From contig OZ176051.1 of assembly GCA_964247055.1 (NCBI GenBank), positions 4,774,001 through 4,838,000 of the forward strand: 64,000 bases of DNA. The letters are read 5' to 3'. Below the pieces are notes generated by a model. It worked only from the letters and a program-made list of their open reading frames with translations, searched no databases and had not been told where the DNA came from. A program made the translations under genes and the position numbers. This document shows positions 38,139-49,800 of this stretch, one piece after another; within the stretch, counting starts at the first letter, position 1, and each line of letters opens with the position of its first letter. This DNA is from Paragordius varius. Taxonomy: Eukaryota > Animalia > Nematomorpha.

Positions 38139-39755
38139 TATATGTATATGTTAATATATATTTTCATATTTAAAACAATGTTCCCTGATTTTCATGATTA
38201 TAAGCGCCTTTCTTGAATCTACTTAAGAACTTTGCAAACATTCGCTAGTCGCAAAAAATTTTCCGATATGGACAAAAATCTTGAAATTTTTAACTATTTC
38301 TACCATTTTTACTGCCTAATTTATATAATTGTTAGCTTTAAAGCATTTTTTTTAAAAACTCCATTAGTTCAAAAAAAATTTTATGGATACGACGTTCATC
38401 AAGCCTTTTTTTCGAACTAGCCTTTGTCTTACGCCTCACCCAAAATTACCTTATAATAATTTTAAAAATATATCTTACAGTTTTTTGAAAATGGTATGAA
38501 AGTAGATTATTATAATATGAATTTTGGCTGAAGTCAAAATCCTTAAAATTGCAGTCTAATTCATTGAACATGGGTTCTAACTCTTTAGCATACTAATTTT
38601 GATCATTTCCTGAAAGGAAAAATTTTAGGCAAGAGCCTTTTTTACCCCTAGTTAGGAGCCATCCTATGTTAAAACTCCTCTATGTATATATACCTTTATA
38701 ACAACATTTTGAAAAACCTATGAAACTAAATATAATTAATGATTTTAGGGTATTGTCCTATAGAGTTTTCAATTAACTCTTGATCAGGGTCTTATCTTGT
38801 TAAATACAATGTAACGGGGCTTTCAAGCAACTTTCCATGATATGTGCCACGTACGAATAATTTAGGTTATATGACTTAAAAAAAAGGTTAGATTTGAATT
38901 GTATTAAATTAGCCATCTGGAGCCCTATCCTATGTGGAAAAAAAATCATGTTTAAAACAGTTTTTTTCTGTTTACTACTGATATATATATATATATATAT
39001 ATAATCGATTCGGTAAACCATTGTCGACTAAGTCACAGTTATGCATGACATAGGTATTAATATAATTAAGGCTTATATTATTTATCATATTTTGGGCGGA
39101 GGCAAATTTAGAGGGGTAGCAACAAGTTCTAATTATTGAAAAATGTTTGCTCTACTTATTATTTGCTAAAGATTTTAACATATTATCGTGGTAAAATATT
39201 TTATCCCCTTTTTTTAAATCGTTGTTTATACTAAGTTAAGGCACAGCTATACCTGCTTTTCACACGTAAAAATTGAAGGATTTATTAAAAGGAACCATAT
39301 TCAGAGCCAATAAAAAAATATGTATTCATAAAAGAGATAGCACAGCTAAAATTAAACCCCTTATTAATAATATCAATATCATATATTTTAGCAAGCAATA
39401 AGCTAATTTAGAAGGGCTTAAAACTGTATACCAAAGGATGCGTATATTAACCAAATTTTGTAGAATCATACTTAATATTCTACTTATGTTTAATATGATT
39501 ACTGTTTTGAACATATAAAAAACAATGAGGCAATATGTGTTTAATATTTCAAATAGGACACAATAAAATTTATGTAACTGTTTTATTTAACAACGACCGT
39601 AAGCTCCTGATTGAACTAATTTATAACCAATTTATATGTACAATAGATTGTAGTAATACTCCTAAATTTGAGATTGTAATTTTGTTAAAGCCCATCTAAT
39701 TCTAAAACAGTATTGTGTAGAATGACTATGGATTTATAGAATTTACTATGTAGAT

Positions 39756-42294
39756 CAGGGTCCAACACAATTGATTTCGTGGGCCGCATTTTTGGCTTGA
39801 AGGGTTGCCTTCACAAATTATATGAGAATTAATTAACATTTTATATAGTCTAAGCAGACGGTAAAAATATTTATGAACACATAACTACTATCAATTCTTG
39901 CTACTCATTGACCCATGTTCGTGTAAGTATTACTTACGTCCTTATGCTTACATTTTTGAATAAAAATCATACAAACATCATAAGTCTGCTCCTAGTAGAC
40001 TTATTAAAATTTCAAAGTGGCATAACTTTAAAAATATTGCGAATTTTTGAATTCTGTAAATTGGAGGATAGAAAGTAAAGTAAATTTAACAAATAATATA
40101 TAGGTTTGAGTAATGTGGCTTCAATCTTTTGGCATTAAAAGGGGTTTACACAACCTCTGAAAATAGAATTTTAAAAATGCAAAATCAAAAGTTTTTTAGA
40201 AGAAATAGGTACGCATTTTATCCAACTATATTTTTTAAATTTTTTTGAGTTATCGAAATTGAAATATTTGCATACTTCGTGAAATAAAAAAATCTACCCA
40301 GTTTTGAATTTTTTAAATTGGAGGACAGAAAATCTGTATATATAACAATTAATTTATAGGTTTTAGAAATTGCATCGATCTCTTACACATCTTAGTTAAC
40401 TAAACCGCTTCAAAAAATATATCTGGAACACACATGTAAAATCCCAAGTTTTTTAGAAGGTGTGCAAATGATTTAACTACATTTTTTAAATTTTGATGTC
40501 ATGGCTATTGAAATATCTGCGCACTTTTTGCATTTTGAGGATGAAGCATTGAAGAATCTACCCATTTTATTGGATATTATAAAATAATACTATTAGATGT
40601 ATAAAAATAATATTTATTATGATATTTGGAATTTAATATATTGTTTTTTCGATCCTGCAAGCGTTTAAAAATCATTTATATCCACAATGCATAAAAACGG
40701 AGGCTATAATATCCTTATGCAAATATATTCTGAGAAAATGGCATATTAGGAATATAATGATGCTTTTGATTTTAGGTCTAACGAATAATTTAGCGTTATA
40801 TCCAATTTTGTGATATTTGTTCCTTTTCGAAAAGTTGCAAATTAGGCAAATTTATAAATTTTTTTGGTGAAAGAATGCTTCCCTTTAAAAATATGATTAA
40901 ATTATGAACTATATTTAAAAACCAAAATCAAGTTAGAAAGCACCATAAAATAGGATAAAAATCGCCAAAATTTAAGAAAAATATTTATTATATTGTCATA
41001 TTCTAGTTTATATGAAAAATGTTATCGCGCATCGGCTTTTTTTAAAAAACTGGCCCATTTTGGATAAGTTATAAAATGCAACTTTTGGAGCCTACGCTTA
41101 AAATTATAAATTTCATTTTGGTTTTCGAATATAGTTCATGTCATAATATAATGATATAAATAAAGGGAGGCATTTAGCTTTCATGAAAAAAACTAATTAA
41201 CTTTTCGATAAGGAACAATTACCAAAAAAAGTGGATATAACTCTAAATTATTTGGTAGACTTAAAACCAAAAGCACCATTATATTCCTAATATGCCATTC
41301 TCTCAGAATATATTTGCATCAGGATATTATAGCCTCCGTTTTTGTGCATTGTGGATATGAATGATTTTTAAACGCTTGCAAGATCGAAAAAACGATATAT
41401 TAAACTCCAAATATCATATATTTATTATCAATAAATATTTATGCATATATCCAATAAATAGATTCTTCAATGCTTCATCCTCAAAATGCAAAAAGTGCGC
41501 AGATATTTCAATCGCCATGACATCAAAATCTAAATAGTTAAATCATTTGCACACCTTCTAAAAAACTTGTGACTTTACATGTGTGTTCCAGTTAACTAAG
41601 ATTTGTAAGAGATCGATGCAATTTCTAAAACCTATAAATTATTTGCTATATATGCAGATTTTCTGTCCTCCAATTTAAAAAATTCAAAAACTGGGTAGAT
41701 TTTTTTATTTCACGAAGTATGCAAATATTTCAATTTTGATAACACACAAAAATCCTAAAAATATAGTTGGATAAAATGCGTACCTATTTCTTCTAAAAAA
41801 CTTTTGATTTTGCATGCATGTTTTAGGATTTATCTATTTTATAACAGAGGTTGTGTAAACCCCTTTTAATGCCAAAAGATTGAAGCAACATTACTCAAAC
41901 CTATATATTATTTGTTAAATATACTTTACTTTCTATCCTCCAATTTAAAGAATTCAAAAATTCGCAATATTTTAAAGTTATGCCACTTTGAAATTTTAAT
42001 AAGTCTACTAGGAGCAGCTTTATGATGTATATATGATTTTTATTCAAAAATGTAAGCATAAAGACGTAAGCATAAGGATTTAAGCGTAAGGATGTTAGCA
42101 TAAGGATTTAAGCATAAGGACGTAATTAATACTTACCCGAACATGGGTTATTGTCAAAATTTGGAAAGACGCATTCAGAAAATTTGTTTAAAAAATATCA
42201 ATTTTACATAGATTTTGTAAATAGCATTTTAATTGGTATTTTTTGAAATTTCTCGCGGGCTGTAAAATATTTCAGAGGGCCGCCTGTTGGACAC
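39756..42294 (+). mobile_element. hAT MITE (CAGGGGTGTCCAA family) split by the foldback element
   Basis: cagggtccaacac...gctactcatt | foldback | attgtcaaaatttgg...gggccgcctgttggacac; collinear with the uninterrupted copy at 56755-57040. Confidence 0.7.
39911..42148. mobile_element. Foldback-type long-TIR element (~2.24 kb; ~1-kb arms, ~190-bp loop)
   Basis: ACCCATGTTCGTGTAAGTAT...ATACTTACCCGAACATGGGT; arms ~39911-40928 and ~41115-42148 are reverse complements; subterminal CCTTATGCTTA repeats; no ORF. Confidence 0.85.
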
Positions 42295-42295
42295 A

Positions 42296-42456
42296 ACCTA
42301 TGTTCATGTAAGTATTAATTACGTCCTTATGCTTAAATCCTTATGCTAATATCCTTATGCTTACGTCTTTATGCTTACATTTTTGAATAAAAATCATACA
42401 GACATCATAAGTCTGCTCCTCATAAGGACCTAAGTCATACTTACACGAACATGGGT
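42296..42456. mobile_element. Miniature internally deleted copy of the foldback element
   Basis: ACCTATGTTCATGTAAGTAT...(CCTTATGCT)n...ATACTTACACGAACATGGGT. Confidence 0.75.
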
Positions 42457-42634
42457 CTTCCTCTGATTCAAACAATACAGATACCAAGAAATATATAAAC
42501 TAATATTAAAAAGTCAGTTTTGAGAAAAACAATTGGGATGTATTGAAAGCGATTTTTCATTTTAAAACAAAAGACTACCAAATTTTTCTTAAATAATTTA
42601 TTATCCTATGTAAACTCTCCAAACTTTCTTCCGT

Positions 42635-42665
<31 letters not shown>

Positions 42666-43462
42666 GGTATTTTTGAATTCTTACCAAACTAATAAACAAA
42701 TCATTATAATGATGGACAAATACATTTTATCATTTGAGATATACATAATTTTAATCTTTATTAACTTTACCCAAAACATGAACTTTTACAAGAGTTGTAG
42801 AATGTTTATTTAACGCTCAAGTAGGGTTATTACTAAAATTAAACTTCCCAAAATTAATAATTAATATAATTTATGCTTTTTTACATTTATTCACACGTTA
42901 AAAATTGAGTGTATGTATGGATATATTGGACACATGTATAAATTAGGTAATATGTACAGGTTAAGGGGAATAATAAATGATTAAATTTTTTTAAACAAAG
43001 GAGTTGCATTTTTCCAGGTATAATTAAAAAAATTTGGATAAAATCATTTGACACTTACATGTATGTATTTTAGCATTAAGTGATAATCAATCTGCTAGTG
43101 AGCTGGTTAAAAATTGATGGTAAAAAGCATTACGATAAAATATATTCAAGGGTATTAGTTTTTTCATGCATGCAGTGTTGGGTATCAATTTAATAGTATA
43201 ATTAAATAAAAATAATGTTAAAAAATTCAAATGCCACCCATAATAAATTAGAGGACACCAATATATATATATAATATAAAATTTTCTATGATCTAAAAAA
43301 CCCAGATAAAGAAATGGACAAAACAAACATAAAAATTACTACACTAAAGCCAAATTATAATATGGTTGTGGTGAAAGAGGTTAATATGGATTCTATACTT
43401 GGTATTATCATTATTATTATATTTGTCATAATAATAAGCGCGTTAAAAAGGCAAAAATGATG

Positions 43463-46400
43463 TTATGAATTATCCTTAATATATTCAACCATTACATTTC
43501 CAACGTTACCGAATTTGGGGGAGGAATACTTTGAGAATATGGTCTATAATATAAAATAATATAAAAATATTATTTTAACTAAGCTAAAATAAAGAAACTC
43601 GATGATTTTATTATGTAAAAATATAAGATGTTTACTTTGTATTGTGAGGTGGTTGTATATTTTGGCATATGTTTGACAAAATATTTCATAGTGTCCACCA
43701 AATCATCCACCGTATAATGAGTGTGATATTCTAACAAGTCATTCTACATTGATCAAGAAATATAATATATAAACACTTTAAATAAATAATGATTTGTTAA
43801 TTTTAGTTCATTAAAAAGATATATGTATAGATATAAAGTTAAACCTCTTTTCAACGAAAAAAAGGAATTAAAAACGAAATTACAAAACAACTTATTTTTA
43901 CATATTTAAATATTACAATCCATTTCCTTTAATAATTCAAATGTTAAAATCTAGCGCTTTAAAAATTTAGTTAAAATTTGAATTACAATTATTTTGGTAG
44001 TGCATACGCATAAAGAGTGTACCTATTAAAGCGAAAAGCACGCATAATTATTCTTTATAATAGTCATACTGAATACACATATATACGGTAGGATTAATAA
44101 ATGATTATCACGAAAAAACAAATGAATATCCAAATGAAATAAATGATTAACACACATGGTTAAAAAAATATGTAATAAATATACCATACTTGACCCTTGA
44201 TAAATATTTTCTGTTGTATCTACTGATATCTAACATATTTTTTTAACCATGTGATAATCATTTATTAAACTTACTGTATTTAAAAAAAATTTTTTTTAAA
44301 ACAAAGATATTACCCAAAGATCTTTGGGTATGTCATCGAAATTATTGATTTTTTTATCCATCAAATTGGCCATTTCTTTAAACATTTTAAGGCTGAGACA
44401 TAAAGCCGATGCCGCAATAAGAGATGCTTTCTTACTCAATATACTAGGGTCTAAAAGGGTCAGTTCAATCAAAAATTTTGACATGGTGTGTTCTTCATAT
44501 GATACCTGCGATTGGATAGTGCAATGAATAATTATAATAACTAGTTTTTTCACTGTAAAAAAATATTTTTTAGCAATTAATATTAATATGGATATATCTG
44601 TTTAAATAAGGATGCGGCAATTGAAAAAATATTTTACAAAATTAACATTCTTATTATATAAATTTTTGTCATTCGAATCGCAAATATGGCGTTAAGGGTA
44701 TAAATAGATTAAATCTTCAACCAGATATTTAACAATCTTATTAAGAATGAGAGATTTTTTTTGATCAAATTTAAATGCTTTTCAAAAATTACCACGTTCG
44801 CCTCAAGGTTTAAATTTTTTTTGTAATAGGTTGTAATAAAAATATTAACCTGTGCAATTTTTGAGAACCGTCTTAAAAATTGGATAGCATATGGGATTTT
44901 GAAATCAAAATCGATAATACGTAAAACATCAATTTCCATCGTTAGTATTTCTTGTGCCGTATAAGTATTTTTAGTGACATAGACAAAATCATTAACCTCC
45001 ATAATGTATAGCTCTTCAAATTTGCAAGCTATAAACATGGCAGTAACTCCGAGTAATTGTAAGTTTTTACGAGCAATTTTATCAACTTTCTGTGTTGCGT
45101 TAAAAAAAATGGTATTAAATATTTCTATTATTTTATCAATTTATTAAGAACTCGACTGAGGGGTGTTGGAAAATAGTTTTAGTGCATAGAAATGCATCAT
45201 TATATTAATTTATGTTATTTATCGAATTGTCAGAAAACTTCTAAAATTCCCAATTCGATAAATGCCAAAAATTATCATTTGTGTTAAAACATAAGTGATA
45301 TTTTCCTAAAATAAAACTCAAATTAACCCAAAAAGATAAAACGAAATGATAATTAGGTTCATGTAAAAAGTTGAAAAGGAGTAGGATATAGCAAACATTA
45401 GGAAGTTTGACAATTATTTTAATCATGATACCATTTATCCAATTACTCGATATGAAATTCACCCTTGGTGTTTTCAAAATTCCATACAATAGCTTGTCAT
45501 AATTTCAAAATTTGTGAAATATTTTCGTATATTGGAAAAATCTTACAACACTTTTAGGTTCTAAAATACGTTTAAAAAACGTTAGTGTGGCTATAATTTA
45601 AATTTTCTTATACATTATCAAATATATTTCGTAAAAATTGAGCTGGTTTTTTCCTTTATTCGTAATTGAGTTGAAACTAATTAATGGATAAAACTTTTTC
45701 ACAATTTTTACTAATTAAATTTCTAAAACCAAAAAATGCCAAAAACTATGTAAAGCAAGAAATGCCATGAGTGAACGGGTGATATTGGGAAAAATGAATT
45801 ATTCGCTGGAAAATGAAATGTTTTTTTGGATTCGATTGAATTATAGGCAAATTAGAATCTTATTTTATATGGTAATTTGATTGACTAGAAAACAGTTTGA
45901 ATGGGAAAATGTATAAAATGTGTAATAAATAAAACTAACCAAAATTATTTAAAAATTCTAATTTACTTGGATAATATAACGGTTTTATACACATTTAAAT
46001 TTGAAAGTAACAGACTGGTTATTAAATAAAACGAATACTATTTTACCTGTAGATATCGGTCGATAATGTTGGTTGTGAGGTAAAGTGTTTCAGGCAATAG
46101 TTTAAAATGTTGATGGATTTGAATTATCCAATCAATCAGAATTTGTCTCATATTTATTGTGAGATCAACACTTTTGATATAATTATCTTTAAGATCAATT
46201 TGAATTTCCTAAATATTATAATTTTATCGTAACTTCTAAATAAAATAAATAATCATAAATGTCTTTGGCATATACTGCTAATGCGATTTCATCGTTTATA
46301 TCGGCATTATCTACATCATACAAATCTTGTAGGGTTAAGGTAGAAAATGCTTTTAAGGGACTTAAACACTTTTGTTGTTCCTGTACGGTAGGTAAGGGTT

Positions 46401-46629
46401 TAATCGGCTGAGGTTCGATTTCAATAGAATCCTTTTTAATTTTTTTGATACCATTATCCTTTTTTTGAGCCAAAATTCTTGTTGCATTATTATTATTATT
46501 TAATATATTTTCTCGAGCACGTAAAGGTCTTCGCTTCTCAGGAACCATTATTAAGCCTTTTTTTAGATCCTATATGATTAGAATACATGTTACATCTTTG
46601 GAAGGTATTTTGGAACGCAAACTGTACAT
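43463..46629 (-). CDS. CCNB: G2/mitotic cyclin B, 384 aa
   Basis: Exons 46629-46594, 46569-46234, 46208-46047, 45089-44850, 44505-44314, 43743-43636, 43543-43463 (all phase 0, 1155 nt). D-box-like RRPLRAREN; YAKDIYDYL; cyclin box MRQILIDW...FKLLPETLYLT..IIDRYL; LQLLGVTAMFIACKFEE; FLRRFSK. Confidence 0.9.
44101..44262. mobile_element. Palindromic MITE (family Z) in a cyclin B intron
   Basis: aatgattaacacacatggttaaaaaaatatg...catattttttaaccatgtgataatcatt inverted arms. Confidence 0.65.
46209..46233 (-). other. 25-nt GT-AG micro-intron (cyclin B intron 2, phase 0)
   Basis: gttacgataaaattataatatttag joins YLFYLE to EIQIDL...MRQIL; alternative sites are out of phase or delete YAKDIYDYL. Confidence 0.88.
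46570..46593 (-). other. 24-nt GT-AG micro-intron (cyclin B intron 1, phase 0)
   Basis: gtaacatgtattctaatcatatag, ending in an in-frame TAG; joins MYSLRSKIPSKD to DLKKGLIMVPE. Not needed if translation starts at ATG 46548. Confidence 0.65.
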
Positions 46630-46801
46630 ATTCTCATTATTATTTAAAAAATTTAAGCTGCTCATTACAAACTAAAAAGTGTGGAAAACAAAAGTGGCTA
46701 ATTTAAAAAGTTCGCACCGTTTTAATTGGTTAAAATTATACCAACTGTTTTTAATATCAGATTGAGGACATTCATTTTTTTAAATGTTTTAATTTTTTTG
46801 T
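46630..46801. promoter_or_regulatory. Putative bidirectional promoter between cyclin B and ALDH
   Basis: Only 172 bp separate the divergent start codons (46629 minus, 46802 plus). Confidence 0.55.
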
Positions 46802-49800
46802 ATGTTGGTTAAAACATTACATAATTCTATACGTTTCCTAACTACGGCACCGTTACCTAATCCCACCAGAAAATTTATTCCAAATTACACAGGGATCTTT
46901 ATAAATAATGAATGGTACAAATCTGATAGTGGAAAGACATTTGCTGCCATAAATCCAGCGTCCGAGGAAGAAATTTGTTCCGTTCAAGAAGGTGGTATTT
47001 CCGACATAGATAAAGCCGTAAATGCGGCTAAACAAGCTTTTAAAATCACATCTAGTTGGAGAAAAATGGATGCCTGTGAAAGGGGTAATTTGATTTTTTA
47101 ATAAATGGTTTTTTGGCTAAATTTATATATTTTGGTCATAAATTTGTATTAAAATTTTAAAAACGCAGGATATTTGTTAAACAAATTGGCGGATTTGATT
47201 GAAAGAGATAGGGCACATTTGGCTAGCTTGGAAACATTGAATAATGGAAAGCCGTATGCCCATTCCTACAACATTGACTTAGCTCTAACTATAAAATGCT
47301 ACAGGTCTCTATAATAAATTCTTAATTAAAATATTTAAATTTAAATCAGTACAAAAAAATTATTTGTTTTAATTGCTTTCCTAACTAATATTAACCTATT
47401 TAAAGACATTTTTTTTATTTTTAATTGAAATGGGAATTTTTTTAATAATATTTTATTCATTATGGACTCATAGAACAATAGTATATGAAGAAAAGTAGTC
47501 TATAGATATTGTTTTCGAGTAAAGATAAAATTATGTGATAATCGAAACCAATATATTTTAAGATACACATTTTTATATAATTAAACAACAATGCAGGTAT
47601 TATGCTGGTTGGGCCGATAAAATTCACGGTAAAACTGTACCGATTGGAGGACCTTACCTCAGTGTTATTCGCCGAGAACCGGTTGGAGTTTGTGGTCAAA
47701 TTATTCCTTGGAATTTCCCACTTCTCATGCAAGCATGGAAGTTAGGACCCGCTTTAGCTGCTGGAAATACGCTTGTTCTTAAACCGGCCGAACAAACTCC
47801 ATTGACTGCACTCCATGTCGCACAGCTTACAGCTGAAGTAATCATCATAATAAATAATCACTCCTTAAAATAAGCTTTTTTTGAAAAATCAACGGCGGGT
47901 ACCCATATTTATTAATTAAACAACACGCTGATTATAAATCACTTTCCCAATATCACTTAATCCCCCTTATACTGAACTTTTTTTTGGATAAAGGCGTTAT
48001 AAACTAACTTATTAGCTCATAATGATTAAGAATGCCCTTTTTGATGGATTATCTACATATAAAACTAGGGGCTTCTCCAAGGAATTTACCTCTTGAAATT
48101 GATCAATAGTGTAAAATGTACCATTCTAGATGACTTTTTTAGAGTTGGGTTTATATAATATTTGATTTTTCGATCGGATGTTTTTAGTTTTTATTTACGA
48201 TTCTTACTAGTTTCCGGATATGTTCCATTATAATGAACCGAAAATTATATTATTTCGTTAGTGTTAAAACCATAGGTATATCTTAAATATATTAATAGTT
48301 TATAAACAACAAAACAATTTTCTCTTTATAGAGAGAAGGGAAATGATGCGGAAAATGAGCTATGGTATTACCACAGTAGGGGTGATTAGGAGGTGCATTT
48401 ACTCTAATAATTTAATCTTTTTAGAATCGACACATTTAAAGTTTTATTTATAAAGAGCCACACTAAAAAAGGAAGTTATAGAAAAAACTTAAACTTTTCC
48501 TTTAAATATTTTAGACTCATCTTTTTCAAAATTTATAATATTTAATTTTTATGACCAGCAAAAGTATAGGTCTGACCCAACCACCTTTCTTATTTAAATC
48601 CCAATGTGCGGAATTATAATCCTTATTAATATCATTGTTTTATAAAAAACAAAGGTGAGACGCATATTGTACGTTAGTCAGACATATATTATTTTTAACT
48701 GTATAAATCCAAGATTGCCAAATATTTTTGGATAATCAACATATTAATTAAACAATATTTATAATTTGTTAGACAAAGCATTAAACCACCTTAGGTAAAA
48801 TACAAATATATTTTTGGACGCAATGATTATTTTTTATTGTAATTTTTTTTGAATCACATGATTGTTTTTATATATACTTTCAATCAAATATTTTTAACCT
48901 ATTTTTAGGCATAAAAATGACTTTTTTGATATATCCTGTTTTGTACATTTTGATAAAGTGTATTGAGCCAAGTTTTAGTTGATTCTATAAATATATTCTT
49001 GTAATTTCAAGAAATATTATAGGTTAATATATTGTAGGTTTTAGTTAATAACACTCTTTAATAATATAAATCGATATTGAATTATAAATAATTTATTCAT
49101 ATAGGCTGGTTTTCCACCAGGTGTGATCAACGTTGTCCCAGGTATGGGTCCAATAGCGGGGGCAGCCTTAGCAAAACATCCTTTGGTCGATAAAATCGCA
49201 TTCACTGGTTCTACTGAAGTAATTTTAAAAAAAATTTTAAGCCCACAAAAGAATGTTGGTAAGGTTTTGAGAGAGATTAAAATATATTTAATGTTTAATT
49301 TTTAGTGATTCGTAATTAAAACGCTATGCTAAGGAAAATAATTTATGATGGCAATATGTCATGAATAAAAATACATTTAATTTTACCAGTTGGAAACTTT
49401 TATATTAAGGAATTATTTATTAATGCGCATTAAGGACATTTTTTTGAAAAAAATTAACAAATTTTGGTGGTTAACTTTCCATTTTAAATATATTTTTTAA
49501 TAAACGGAATGATATCAAAATCGATTACTAAACTCCATATAAAAGAAACATAAATTCGTTGTTAGTTGGCGTAACCTAAAAAGTCATAATTTAAATACTG
49601 ATACGCTAATGGAGATCCATTTAGATGTTATAATTTAACTTTATACCAGAAGTTTTACCAAGCTCTAATAATCGGCTCTATAGCACATTTTGCTTTTTTA
49701 CTTTTTTTATGTGGCCTTCGCCCCTCAATTTTTTAGTATCGGAAAGCCCATCATTCACTCTATGTTAAAATTCGAGTCATCCCAATAGGGAACAAAATTG

